NCBI GenBank assembly: GCA_033791445.1
Contig: JASJGS010000028.1
Coordinates: 8,636 to 72,635 of the forward strand
Direction: 5' to 3'
Source: Bacteroidales bacterium
GTDB taxonomy: Bacteria > Bacteroidota > Bacteroidia > Bacteroidales > VadinHA17
DNA length: 64,000 nucleotides
Shown: in pieces, positions 40,707-51,529 of the stretch
Position numbering within the stretch: the stretch's first letter is position 1
Layout: every line of letters begins with the position of its first letter
The notes under the pieces: model-generated
What the model was told of the DNA's origin: nothing
Seen by the model: only the letters and a program-made list of their open reading frames with translations
Databases searched by the model: none
Program-made: the position numbers and the translations under genes

Positions 40707-42896
40707 TTAACTGGTGAAAAGAAGTTCTCTAAATTTTGGAAGAGGCCATATCTCATTGTCAACTGTAAGTTCCAATTTATCAATTTGATACCTTATCTGC
40801 TCAAAATAAGGTTTAACCTCAAGATCATATTGAAAAGCTTTTTTCTTTTCACCATCAATACGGTTGGCTTTTCTTCTATCTTCAATCATTTCACTCACAA
40901 GTTTTTTGATTTCAGATATCCGGGTAGAAATTTCCCTAATTAGTTCAAGCCTTGCTCCTGCCATTTCATTGAAATCTGATTCTGGAAAAACATCTTTCAA
41001 TCCCTGAACGTTCTGTAAAAGAGTATTTTGATAGGTAATTGCTGTTGGCACAATATGATTTATGGCCAAATCTCCCAGTACCCTGGCTTCAATCTGCATT
41101 TTTTTGGTGAATTTCTCATATTCCACCTCAACTCTACCTTCCAACTCTGGTTCAATAAAAATACCAGAACCAATCAGTACTTTCTTTGACTGATCAGAAA
41201 GGTATTTAGAGATTGATTCAGGCACACTAGTAATATTTGTAAGCCCTCTTTTCTTGGCTTCCTTCTCCCATTCCTTGCTATAACCATCTCCTTCAAACCT
41301 AATTTTCTCAGATTGGATTATATATATTTTCAATACCTGGAAGATGGCTTCATCCTTTTTAATATCCTTAGCAATCAATTTATCCACATCTGACTTAAAT
41401 TCTCTTAGTTGACTTGCAACAGCAGCATTTAAAGCAATCATAGATGTGGCACAGTTTGCAGAGGATCCAACAGCTCTAAATTCAAACCTGTTCCCTGTAA
41501 AAGCGAAAGGCGAAGTACGATTTCTATCTGTATTATCCAATAAGATTTCAGGTATTTTACCAATTCCAAGCTTTAATTCTGTTTTTTCATCCGGAGTCAT
41601 TTTCTGCCCGGTAACTCTTTCAACAATCTCATCCAGGGTTTCTGTCAGTTTAGAACCCAGGAATACGGAAATAATAGAAGGTGGGGCTTCATTTGCACCA
41701 AGGCGATGAGAATTCCCTGCTGTAAGTATACTTGCTCTCAATAAGTCCTGATTATCATGTACTGTTTTTACCACATTGACCAAAAAAGTCAGGAATTGCA
41801 TATTCCTTTTCGGACTTTTACCCGGTGATAAAAGGTTTACCCCTGTATTTGTTTGGAGAGACCAGTTATTGTGCTTACCTGATCCGTTTATTCCAGCAAA
41901 TGGTTTTTCATGGAAAAGTACCCTGAAATTGTGACGACGTGCCACTCTTTTCATAACATCCATAACCAACTGATTATGATCATTTGCCAGGTTTACCTCC
42001 TCAAATATTGGGGCACATTCAAACTGATTTGGTGCCACCTCATTGTGACGAGTTTTTACGGGTATTCCAAGCTTATAGGCTTCAATCTCAAAATCCTTCA
42101 TAAAGGCACTGGCTCGTTCGGCAATAGAACCAAAATAATGGTCATCCAATTGCTGATCTTTCGAAGATTGATGTCCCATTAGAGTTCTGCCGGTTAAAAT
42201 CAGATCTGGTCTTGCATTATACAGGGCATCGTCAATCAGGAAATATTCCTGTTCCCAGCCCAGAGTGGCAATAACCTTATTCACATTTTTATCGAAATAC
42301 TGACATACATCAACAGCAGCCTTATCAATAGCATTCATGGTTTTCAGCAGTGGAACCTTATAATCAAGTGCCACACCGGTATATGATACAAAGACTGTGG
42401 GAATACACAGAGTTGTATCAACAATAAATGCCGGGGAAGAAACATCCCATGCCGTATATCCACGTGCTTCAAAAGTATTTCTCAGTCCTCCACTTGGAAA
42501 ACTGGATGCATCCGGCTCCTGCTGGGCTAATAATTCACCAGAAAAATTCTCAATCAAATCTCCAGATACACCAAACTCAATAAATCCATCATGTTTTTCA
42601 GCCGTTCCATCAGTTAAAGGGTGAAACCAATGTGTATAGTGGGTGGCTCCCACCTCTACGGCCCATGCTTTCATTCCGGTAGCCACCTGGTCAGCCATTT
42701 TACGGTCAATAGAAGTTCCCTCTTCAATTGCTGTGATAACACTAATATATGCTTCGCGGTTCAGGAATTTTTCCATTTTTGGTTTATCAAAAACCCTGGC
42801 TCCGAAGAAATCGGATATTTCATTAGAAGGAAAAATAACCTCTTTAGGTTGTCTTCTAAATACTTCTTCAAGCGCTTTAAATCTTAATTCTGCCAT
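40707..42896 (-). CDS. glnA: Glutamine synthetase type III
   Basis: HYTHWFHPLT, EPDASSFPSGG, HEKPFAGINGSGKH, DRNRTSPFAFTGNRFEFRA; 729 aa. Confidence 0.96.
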   Translation of the reverse strand: MAELRFKALEEVFRRQPKEVIFPSNEISDFFGARVFDKPKMEKFLNREAYISVITAIEEGTSIDRKMADQVATGMKAWAVEVGATHYTHWFHPLTDGTAEKHDGFIEFGVSGDLIENFSGELLAQQEPDASSFPSGGLRNTFEARGYTAWDVSSPAFIVDTTLCIPTVFVSYTGVALDYKVPLLKTMNAIDKAAVDVCQYFDKNVNKVIATLGWEQEYFLIDDALYNARPDLILTGRTLMGHQSSKDQQLDDHYFGSIAERASAFMKDFEIEAYKLGIPVKTRHNEVAPNQFECAPIFEEVNLANDHNQLVMDVMKRVARRHNFRVLFHEKPFAGINGSGKHNNWSLQTNTGVNLLSPGKSPKRNMQFLTFLVNVVKTVHDNQDLLRASILTAGNSHRLGANEAPPSIISVFLGSKLTETLDEIVERVTGQKMTPDEKTELKLGIGKIPEILLDNTDRNRTSPFAFTGNRFEFRAVGSSANCATSMIALNAAVASQLREFKSDVDKLIAKDIKKDEAIFQVLKIYIIQSEKIRFEGDGYSKEWEKEAKKRGLTNITSVPESISKYLSDQSKKVLIGSGIFIEPELEGRVEVEYEKFTKKMQIEARVLGDLAINHIVPTAITYQNTLLQNVQGLKDVFPESDFNEMAGARLELIREISTRISEIKKLVSEMIEDRRKANRIDGEKKKAFQYDLEVKPYFEQIRYQIDKLELTVDNEIWPLPKFRELLFTS

Positions 42897-42924
42897 TATT
42901 TCAAATTAGTGGTTAATAATAGCA

Positions 42925-42970
42925 CAAATATATACTATTTCTAGATTACCCCCTTAATAAACTGGGGTAA
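42925..42970 (-). promoter_or_regulatory. glnA promoter -7 element plus dyad operator
   Basis: TATATTTG (42932-42925); TTACCCC-N11-GGGGTAA (42946-42970). Confidence 0.6.
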
Positions 42971-43046
42971 TTATTATTATTTTACTATTTTTTTACGTTA
43001 CACCCCTATATTTTAATGGCCTGATCCAGAATATCGCCATTTCAAC

Positions 43047-43080
43047 AAAAAGCAGTTGCTCATTATAAACAACCGCTTTC
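43047..43080 (-). terminator. Terminator of the M20 peptidase gene
   Basis: aaagcagttg...caaccgcttt with a U-tract on the minus strand. Confidence 0.55.
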
Positions 43081-43126
43081 AATAAATTTTACTGAGTTCC
43101 TAATCAGAACTCAGAGTTAGTAAATA

Positions 43127-44497
43127 TTATTTACTCATCTCGGCATAATATTTAAAAAACACAGGAATGGTTTCTATACCCTTATAGAAATTAAATAGTG
43201 GATAGTTCTCATTTGGAGAGTGGATAGCATCACTGTCTAGCCCAAATCCCATAAGTATGGATTTAATTCCAAGTACTTCTTCGAAATCAGAAACAATTGG
43301 AATGCTGCCACCACTTCTGACCGGAATAGGCTTTTTTCCAAAGGTGCTTTCAAAAGCTTTGCTGGCTGCCTTGTACGCTAGTGTATCTATTGGGCTAACG
43401 TATCCCTCACCGCCATGCAAACTTTTAACACTTACACGAACCCCTTCCGGGGCGATAGATTTAAAATGATCCTCAAATAACTTATCAATCTTCTTTGAGT
43501 TCTGATTTGGAACCAATCGCATAGATATTTTGGCGTATGCTTTAGAAGGAAGAACAGTTTTGGCACCTTCCTCTATATATCCTGACCAGATTCCATTCAC
43601 ATCTAAAGAAGGCCTTATTCCGGTTCTTTCAGAAGTTGTAAAACCGGTTTCACCAACCTCCTTATCAATGTCTATTGACTTTTTGTAATTGTCTACACTA
43701 AATGGTGCTTTTGCCATTTCTTTTCTTTCCTCATCAGAAACTTCAAGAACATCATCATAAAATCCGTTAATATTAATATGGTTGTTCTCATCGGTCATAG
43801 ATGCAATCATCTTTGCCAGCGCATTCGCCGGATTTAAAACAGCACCACCATATAGTCCGGAATGCAGGTCCCTGTTTGGCCCGGTTACTTCCACTTCCAT
43901 ATAGCTTAAACCTCTAAGGCCTACTGTTATAGAAGGAATATCCTGAGCAATCATTGTGGTATCCGAAATCAGAATTACATCAGAAGCTAACTTTTCTTTA
44001 TTCTCAATACAAAACTTTTTTAAGCTTGGAGAACCAATTTCTTCTTCGCCCTCAATCATAAATTTCACATTACAGGGCAGGGTATCGGTTTTCATCATAA
44101 GTTCAAAGGCCTTCATCTGCATAAACATTTGACCCTTGTCATCGTCAGCCCCGCGAGCATAGATTTTCTCATCACGGATTTCTGGTTCAAAAGGAGGTGA
44201 GTCCCACAAATCAAGGGGTTCAACTGGCTGAACATCATAATGACCATAAACAAGCACAGTCGGCAGGTCGGGATTAATTAACTTTTCAGCATAAATCACA
44301 GGATGGCCCTCGGTTCCGATTACTTCAGCCATATCAACTCCTGCATTAAGCAGATTCTTTTTAATATACTCAGTGGCCCTGAACATGTCATCTTTGTTTT
44401 CAGGCCTGGCACTTATTGAGGGAATTCTTATTAAATCAAATAATTCGCTCAAAAACCTGTCTTTATTCTCATCGATATATTTCCTAATAGTTTCCAT
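43127..44497 (-). CDS. M20 family dipeptidase
   Basis: YGHYDVQP, RGADDDKGQ, EGEEEIGS, AIHSPNE. Confidence 0.94.
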   Translation of the reverse strand: METIRKYIDENKDRFLSELFDLIRIPSISARPENKDDMFRATEYIKKNLLNAGVDMAEVIGTEGHPVIYAEKLINPDLPTVLVYGHYDVQPVEPLDLWDSPPFEPEIRDEKIYARGADDDKGQMFMQMKAFELMMKTDTLPCNVKFMIEGEEEIGSPSLKKFCIENKEKLASDVILISDTTMIAQDIPSITVGLRGLSYMEVEVTGPNRDLHSGLYGGAVLNPANALAKMIASMTDENNHININGFYDDVLEVSDEERKEMAKAPFSVDNYKKSIDIDKEVGETGFTTSERTGIRPSLDVNGIWSGYIEEGAKTVLPSKAYAKISMRLVPNQNSKKIDKLFEDHFKSIAPEGVRVSVKSLHGGEGYVSPIDTLAYKAASKAFESTFGKKPIPVRSGGSIPIVSDFEEVLGIKSILMGFGLDSDAIHSPNENYPLFNFYKGIETIPVFFKYYAEMSK

Positions 44498-44515
44498 AAA
44501 AGATAATTTAAATGA

Positions 44516-45094
44516 TTAATATTTTTTTTGTTTTTTATACTCTTCAGCTGTAAATTTTAGCCTTTTATACCAACTTTTTCCAAATTTTCGAGTCAGTGCC
44601 GACTTAAGAAATACATATGCTGGCACATCTTCTTTCTTACCCCTTTCCAAAGCAGGATTACATATTTCCCATTTCTCATAATTCACACCTGAGAAATCCG
44701 AATAGTCTTTTGTCCTTACAGGAAAAAGGTGACAGGAAAGAGGTTTTTGAAATGATATTTTTTTATTTGCATGGGCTTTTTCTATACCACAGAAAAAAAT
44801 GCCATTTTCAACTATTGTATAGGCACATTCCTTATCACTAATAAGCGGTGTAACCGTATCGCCATCAGAATCAACCATACTAGTACCCTTTGTTTCAATT
44901 GCATCAATGCCTTCAACCCTGAGATATGGTTTTATCCTGGGATAAATTTCATCCAGGAGATCTGCTTCTTCCTTGCTGAGAGGTGCTCCTGAATCGCCAT
45001 AAACACAGCAATTTCCCTTGCATTTACTAAGATCACAAGCAAATTTTTCCTCCAGAACGTCCAAGCTTATAATGGTATTATCTATTTGCAGCAA
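44516..45094 (-). CDS. DUF3109 family Cys-rich protein
   Basis: FACDLSKCKGNCCVYGDSGAPL, KPLSCHLFP. Confidence 0.9.
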   Translation of the reverse strand: MLQIDNTIISLDVLEEKFACDLSKCKGNCCVYGDSGAPLSKEEADLLDEIYPRIKPYLRVEGIDAIETKGTSMVDSDGDTVTPLISDKECAYTIVENGIFFCGIEKAHANKKISFQKPLSCHLFPVRTKDYSDFSGVNYEKWEICNPALERGKKEDVPAYVFLKSALTRKFGKSWYKRLKFTAEEYKKQKKY

Positions 45095-45121
45095 TTTTCA
45101 ATTATTAAAGATTAAAATAGT

Positions 45122-45613
45122 TTACCTGTATTCTTTAGGATTGAGCTTTGTAAAATGAGGAATCTCCTTATAAAATGATTTTCTTTTAATTCTCCCCTCA
45201 ATTATCCCCTCCCCCTTAAATTTTTCAGGTGGCATATTATTATTTTGCAATTCTTCAGAAGGAGTCTCAACAGCCTCAGGTTTACGAGTCCACTTTGTAA
45301 AAGTTAGTAACAAAGTATCTCCTTTTTGAAAGTCTCCTACTTGTTGAAAACCACTTTTAACAACAATCCGTGGCTTGTACATTTCCTGATCGATCCAAAC
45401 TCCAATAATCTCTAATTTCTCAGAATCTTTATTTGCAATAAGTTGAATTCTATATTGAATGCCCGATCCTGATTCTTCCCGGCCTCCTTCAAACTTTTGA
45501 CTACTTGCATCCAGAATTTTTATATCATTAAACGATAAACAAGAGAAAGAAATAAATAGATATAAACCAACCAGCATTTTCATTCTAGCATAACTTCCTA
45601 TTGAGAGGAACAA
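45122..45613 (-). CDS. Hypothetical exported protein
   Basis: Hydrophobic N-terminus; Q...GGREESGSG motif; start uncertain. Confidence 0.65.
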   Translation of the reverse strand: MFLSIGSYARMKMLVGLYLFISFSCLSFNDIKILDASSQKFEGGREESGSGIQYRIQLIANKDSEKLEIIGVWIDQEMYKPRIVVKSGFQQVGDFQKGDTLLLTFTKWTRKPEAVETPSEELQNNNMPPEKFKGEGIIEGRIKRKSFYKEIPHFTKLNPKEYR

Positions 45614-45711
45614 ATTTATTGTTTTGACTGAATAAACACAAAATTATCTCATGTTTCCTGCTATTTATATTAAGATATCGGATTAAACATATAAATTTCT
45701 ATATTTATCTT

Positions 45712-46500
45712 ATGTTTGATTTCGGTGATCGTGTAAGTAAATCAATTAGCCGACGGCGAGAAGTAGTTTTCCTTATTCTTGCAGGCCTGTTTTTAGGAAC
45801 TCTTGCCATCTTAAATGTGCTGGGTATTTCTCGCCAGATTGATTTCACATTTACCCTCTTTGGCAAGACTATTCCATTCATAGTTTTTGTAGGTGTATTA
45901 CCTTACCCAATTACCTTCCTGTGTACAGACTTCATAAGCGAATTGTATGGTAAAAGGAGAGCCAATATGGTTGTTTGGATTGGTTTATTATTAAATGTTT
46001 GGGTTTTATTTATTCTTTGGTTGGGTGGAGTATTACCCCCCACCCCTGATCTAATGGAGGATGGGCTTCCTGCACTAACAGACCCCTCCAGAACTTTTTT
46101 CCAGATCAGGAAATGGACATTTGGTGCTACACTTGCCTCTATGATTGCCTATCTGACTGCACAATTTATAGATGTTCATATATTTCATCTGGTTCGAAAA
46201 GCAACCAAAGGAAAAATGCTCTGGTTAAGAAATAATGTTTCTACTTTAACCAGCCAGATGGTTGACTCACTTGCGGTTATAACTATAACCTATTTTTATG
46301 CACGAGATGCCATTCAGATCCAACCTGGTGAAACGGTAGTTCATGGCCTTACCATACTTATTCTGTCGAATTATGTGTATAAGATGGTTTCAGCATTGGT
46401 TGATACAGTCCCCTTTTATATTGGGGTCCGCTATTTAAGCCGCTATTTACATCTGGATCCTCAAAAGGAATTTAAAGAAGAATTAGAAATATCGCAGTGA
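45712..46500 (+). CDS. Queuosine precursor transporter (YhhQ/VUT family)
   Basis: PYPITFLCTDFISELYG, ASMIAYLTAQFIDV, WLRNNVST. Confidence 0.92.
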   Translation: MFDFGDRVSKSISRRREVVFLILAGLFLGTLAILNVLGISRQIDFTFTLFGKTIPFIVFVGVLPYPITFLCTDFISELYGKRRANMVVWIGLLLNVWVLFILWLGGVLPPTPDLMEDGLPALTDPSRTFFQIRKWTFGATLASMIAYLTAQFIDVHIFHLVRKATKGKMLWLRNNVSTLTSQMVDSLAVITITYFYARDAIQIQPGETVVHGLTILILSNYVYKMVSALVDTVPFYIGVRYLSRYLHLDPQKEFKEELEISQ

Positions 46501-46986
46501 GGTAACAATGGTATCAAGACTGGTTTCGATGGGATTTATCCAAATTTTTGATTTTAGATAATAAGGCTTCCTTTCATTGATTTTATTATCAATATAAATT
46601 TCTAACTCGCTTTTTGTCATGCCCTGAATTAGTGGTCGATTTACCTTGCTATTCGAAAGTCGAGATAACAATACCTCCGAGGGAACATCAAGGTAAACTG
46701 TTGATCCTGAGGCATTCATTAAATCCATATTATTTTTGTAGCAGGGGGTTCCACCACCACAGGCCATCAGGTAATTGTCGCGTTTAATCCAATCCTTCAG
46801 CACCTCCTTTTCAATTTCCCGAAAGCCAGATTCTCCTTTTTCCTCAAATATTTTACTTATGCTCTGGTTGTGAATCCTTGCAATTTCATCATCGAGGTCA
46901 ATGAAGTCAACGCCAATATTATTTGCCAGGCTTCTGCCTAACTTTGATTTACCGGCTCCCATAAAACCAATTAAGAAAATTCTCAA
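46483..46986 (-). CDS. aroK: Shikimate kinase
   Basis: IGFMGAGKS, DLD, GE..FRE, CGGGTP, RPL. Confidence 0.95.
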   Translation of the reverse strand: MRIFLIGFMGAGKSKLGRSLANNIGVDFIDLDDEIARIHNQSISKIFEEKGESGFREIEKEVLKDWIKRDNYLMACGGGTPCYKNNMDLMNASGSTVYLDVPSEVLLSRLSNSKVNRPLIQGMTKSELEIYIDNKINERKPYYLKSKIWINPIETSLDTIVTSLRYF

Positions 46987-46998
46987 GATTATACTTTT

Positions 46999-49650
46999 TT
47001 ATAGGTCCAAGGACATTTGAGCGTCATCTTCGGGATCCAACTCTACTTCTTGTCCGGCTTTAAACTCTGTTACTTCATCAGTCGGTTCTGGTTCCTTAGG
47101 TTCCCATTCTTTTTTAACTACAGGTTCAATTTCATGTATCTCTGACACCTGGTAGTTACTCAATCTCTTTCCCTTTGCTTTGTAACTCTTTATTCCAATA
47201 AATTCTACTACCTCAACAATTTCATTCTGTCTATCCTTGTTTTTGCCGCCAAAACTGATTTCAAACCTTGGATACTCGACTTCAGTGATACTTATAAGCC
47301 TTGAGTCAGCACGTTCGCTAATAAAAAACTGCTCCCTTTCGGAATCTTCAATTGAAAACCTTTTGAGGTAATAAAAACTATTTGATCCATCAAAATAAAC
47401 TACCGAATATACTTTTCCTGGCTCAAACTTTTCGATGATCAAAATATCTTCCTCAAAATGATTTGAAAGATCAAAACTAGATGTTCTAAAAGTACCACGT
47501 TTGGTAACCACCAGAATTAAATCATCCCCGATAAACTCACCCAGGTATTTCCCCCGGCTATCAACGTTAAGACGATATACAGCCTCATCAAACCAAATCT
47601 TCCTTCCGCCCAGGGTGGATATCCCTTTCTCTTTTAAACTTATTTTTTGAACTGCATACTTGGTAAGAATGTTACCAACTGAAAAACGTCCTTTAATTGC
47701 TAATTCTCCAAAATCAAATTCCAGTATGGGACTTTTCAGACGTGGACGCGGCTTAAGTGCTACACGAATCTTTTCCGCCTCTCCATTCGGATTAACACTT
47801 AGATATAGAATGCGCGAACCATTTTTTCCTCTTGTCAGGTCATACTCTTTGTCTCTGGTAAGACCTGAAATGCCGGCCCGCTTTACCATCACTTTACCAG
47901 TACGTCCATCCTGATATACAATATTATAAATGGTTCGTGTATCGTTTCTTTTAAAAACGGCAATATGGATAATGTTCTTACCCACAAAAGATTTATCAGC
48001 TACGCTGGTAATAACATACTTTCCATCTTTTAGGATAACAATTATTTCATCGATATCAGAACACTCACAAACAAATTCATTTTTCTTCAAAGAGGTTCCC
48101 ATAAATCCCTCTTTTCTGTCAACAAAAAGCTTGGTATTAACTGCAACAACCTTTGCTGCCACTATGGTGTCAAAGTTCCTTATCTCTGTCTTACGTTGCC
48201 ACTTACCACCATACTTTTTCTTAATATGACGATAATATTTGATTGTATACTCAACAATGTTAGCCAGATTTTTTTTAATCTGATCCATCTCTTCCTGGAT
48301 AGATTTAATAATCTCATCGGCTTTTTTTGCATCGTATTTTGATATCCTCTTAATTTTAATTTCAGTCAGATGAATGATATCTTCCCTGGTAACTTCACGA
48401 AGCAATAATTTTTTATATGGATCGAGACCGATATCAATGGTTTCCAACACTGCTTCCCAGGTTTCGCTTTCTTCAATTCTTCTGTATATTTTTTTCTCAA
48501 TAAAGATTTTCTCAAGAGATGAGAGATGCCAATTCTCTTCAAGTTCTTTTAGCCTGATCTGGAGTTCCAGTTTTAAAAGATCAAGTGTATGATCAACTGA
48601 GGTCTTCAATAAATCATGAACACTATAAAATACAGGTTTATCATCTTTTATAACACATGAATTCGGTGAGATAGAGAGTTCACAATCCGTAAATGCATAC
48701 AGTGCATCAATAGTTTTATCAGGAGAAACACCCGCACCAAGGGAAATATTGATTTCAACAGATTCTGCTGTATTATCATCAATCTTACGGATTTTGATTT
48801 TTCCCTTATCATTCGCTTTTATGATAGAGTCAATCAATGCTCCAGTTGTTTTCCCGTAAGGAAGTTCGGTAATTACCAGGTTTTTCTTATCAATTTTCTT
48901 GATTCTTGCCCTTACCTTAACGGCTCCGCCCCTTATCCCTTCATTGTATTTAGAAAAGTCAGCTAAACCACCGGAAGGGAAATCAGGAAATATCTCGAAC
49001 TCTTTCCCTTTCAGGTAAAGAATGGCAGAATCAATAAGCTCATTAAAGTTATGTGGAAGTATTTTTGAAGCCAATCCCACAGCTATTCCTTCTGTACCCA
49101 GTGCTAGGAGTAATGGAAATTTTACCGGCAGGGTAAGTGGTTCTTTATTCCGCCCGTCATAGGAAAGTTTCCAGTTGGTAGTTTTGGGATTAAAGACAAC
49201 TTCCAGTGCAAATTTTGACAGGCGGGCTTCAATATATCGTGAGGCTGCGGCCCTGTCACCGGTTAGAATATTTCCCCAATTTCCCTGGGTATCTATTAAT
49301 AGTTCTTTCTGTCCTAATTGTACAAGGGCATCACCAATTGAGGCATCACCGTGTGGATGGAACTGCATGGTAGAGCCAATAATATTTGCCACCTTGTTAT
49401 AACGTCCATCCTCAAGCCGTCTCATGGCGTAAAGGATTCTACGCTGGACCGGTTTTAAACCATCATAAATATTTGGAACTGCTCTTTCCAGAATAACATA
49501 TGAAGCATAATCCAGGAACCAGTCTTTATACATCCCGGAAATGTGCGCAACTTTATACAGGTCTTTACTACCCTTATCTCCATTGCCATCAACAGATGTA
49601 TTAAGCCCTTCTATGTTTTCCTTTTCTGGAAATTCTTTTTGATCTTCCAT
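46999..49650 (-). CDS. parC: DNA topoisomerase IV subunit A (Bacteroidota type)
   Basis: DGLKPVQRR, FHPHGD, AASRYIEARL. Confidence 0.92.
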   Translation of the reverse strand: MEDQKEFPEKENIEGLNTSVDGNGDKGSKDLYKVAHISGMYKDWFLDYASYVILERAVPNIYDGLKPVQRRILYAMRRLEDGRYNKVANIIGSTMQFHPHGDASIGDALVQLGQKELLIDTQGNWGNILTGDRAAASRYIEARLSKFALEVVFNPKTTNWKLSYDGRNKEPLTLPVKFPLLLALGTEGIAVGLASKILPHNFNELIDSAILYLKGKEFEIFPDFPSGGLADFSKYNEGIRGGAVKVRARIKKIDKKNLVITELPYGKTTGALIDSIIKANDKGKIKIRKIDDNTAESVEINISLGAGVSPDKTIDALYAFTDCELSISPNSCVIKDDKPVFYSVHDLLKTSVDHTLDLLKLELQIRLKELEENWHLSSLEKIFIEKKIYRRIEESETWEAVLETIDIGLDPYKKLLLREVTREDIIHLTEIKIKRISKYDAKKADEIIKSIQEEMDQIKKNLANIVEYTIKYYRHIKKKYGGKWQRKTEIRNFDTIVAAKVVAVNTKLFVDRKEGFMGTSLKKNEFVCECSDIDEIIVILKDGKYVITSVADKSFVGKNIIHIAVFKRNDTRTIYNIVYQDGRTGKVMVKRAGISGLTRDKEYDLTRGKNGSRILYLSVNPNGEAEKIRVALKPRPRLKSPILEFDFGELAIKGRFSVGNILTKYAVQKISLKEKGISTLGGRKIWFDEAVYRLNVDSRGKYLGEFIGDDLILVVTKRGTFRTSSFDLSNHFEEDILIIEKFEPGKVYSVVYFDGSNSFYYLKRFSIEDSEREQFFISERADSRLISITEVEYPRFEISFGGKNKDRQNEIVEVVEFIGIKSYKAKGKRLSNYQVSEIHEIEPVVKKEWEPKEPEPTDEVTEFKAGQEVELDPEDDAQMSLDL

Positions 49651-49690
49651 TAATATTATTGTGTTCTGGTAGCTTTACTATATGACATTA

Positions 49691-51529
49691 TTATAACTCT
49701 ACCAAATCGTCTTCAAGTCTAAGATTTTCAATTATAAAATCCTGTCTCTCAGGTGTATTTTTACCCATAAAGAAACGAAGGAAATCTGATACCAGGTCTT
49801 CTTTTTTTAGATGAACTGGTTCCAATCTCATATTTTTTCCAATAAAGTGTTTAAACTCATCAGGGGATATTTCACCCAAGCCCTTAAACCTTGTAATTTC
49901 AGGGTTGGCACCAAGGCTCTTAATAGCTTTATCCTTCTCTGAATCAGTATAACAGTATATAGTTTTTTTCTTGTTTCTAACCCTGAATAAAGGAGTCTGC
50001 AGAATAAAGAGATGACCCTGCTTTACCAGGTCAGGAAAAAACTGCAAGAAAAAGGTTATCAATAATAAGCGAATGTGCATCCCATCCACATCTGCATCAG
50101 TAGCTATTACTACATTGTTATACCTTAAGTTCTCTATTCCATCCTCAATATTTAGAGCAGATTGAAGGAGATTAAACTCTTCATTTTCATAAACAATCTT
50201 CTTTGTTAGTCCATAAGTATTCAAAGGCTTCCCTTTCAGACTAAAAACTGCCTGTGTCTCAACTTTTCTTGATTTTGTAATGGAACCACTTGCTGAATCT
50301 CCCTCTGTAATAAAAATGGTACTTCCCAGGCGATTGTCGTCCTTGGTATTATAGTGTATCCTACAATCGCGTAGTTTTTTATTATGTAAACTTGCCTTTT
50401 TTGCCCTTTCTTTAGCAACCTTCCGAATACTGGAAATGGCTTTGCGTTCTTTTTCAGAATCCTGGATTTTTCTTAACAGAATTTCTGCTGTTTCACTATT
50501 CTTATGCAAATAATCATCCAGTGCTTTCTTAACAAAATCAACAACAAAATTCCGCAAAGACGGACCTCCCGGGCCTAAGTCTTTTGAACCCAGTTTAGTC
50601 TTGGTTTGAGATTCAAAAATAGGTTCTTCAATCTTTATGCTGAATGCAGAAATAATTGAAGCCCTGATATCGGCAGCGTCAAAATCTTTTTTATAAAATT
50701 CCCGAACGGTTTTTACCAGCGCTTCTCTAAATGCTAACAAATGGGTACCTCCCTGAGATGTATGCTGTCCATTTACAAAAGAATAATATTCCTCCCCATA
50801 CTGGGTGCTATGAGTAAAGGCTAGTTCTATATCTCCATTTTTTAAATGAATGGGTTCATACAAGCCAGGTCGGCCCATGTTTTCATTCAACAGGTCAAGA
50901 AGACCATTCTTTGAATAATATTTATTCCCATTAAAATTAATGGTTAACCCAGAATTTAGGAATACATAATTCCTAAGCATGGTCTCCACATAATCGGATA
51001 TATAATGGTAATCCCCAAAAAGCTTCTTGTCGGGAATAAACTTCACCAATACACCATTGGCCTCCTGGGTTGAAGCAGGGTCTTTGTCATCGATGATTTT
51101 ACCTTTTGAAAAATCAACTGTTTTTACCTGACCATCCCTGATTGAACTAATAACAAAATTCTCAGAAAGGGCATTCACAGCTTTTATCCCGACGCCATTC
51201 AATCCAACTGATTTCTTAAATACCTTTGAGTCATACTTAGCTCCGGTATTCATTTTTGAAGCAACATCAATCACTTTCCCAAGAGGAATTCCCCTTCCAA
51301 AATCCCGCACCTCTACCACTCTTTCCTGAATCCGAACATCAATGGCCTTCCCAAAACCCATCATATACTCGTCGAGCGAATTATCAAATACTTCTTTTAA
51401 TAAAGCATAAATACCATCATCCTGAGAGGATCCGTCTCCCAATTTCCCAATGTACATCCCCGGTCGTGTCCGAATGTGCTCTCTCCAATCGCGGGGCTTA
51501 ATTCTTTCTTATGAGTAATTTGCCGTCAT
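49691..51529 (-). CDS. parE: DNA topoisomerase IV subunit B; in-frame TAA at codon 7 as assembled
   Basis: [46 protein letters not shown]. Confidence 0.9.

Noticed and set aside
43092..43114. Inverted repeat CTGAGTTC-N7-GAACTCAG
   Set aside because: Single copy just after the dipeptidase stop; best explained as a 3'UTR hairpin, not a repeat element.
46483..46500. 18-bp convergent overlap of the YhhQ-family gene and aroK
   Set aside because: Short tail-to-tail overlaps are common in compact genomes.
51509..51511. Stop-codon reassignment or readthrough in parE
   Set aside because: TAA terminates many genes in this window normally, and neighbouring anomalies point to sequence error.
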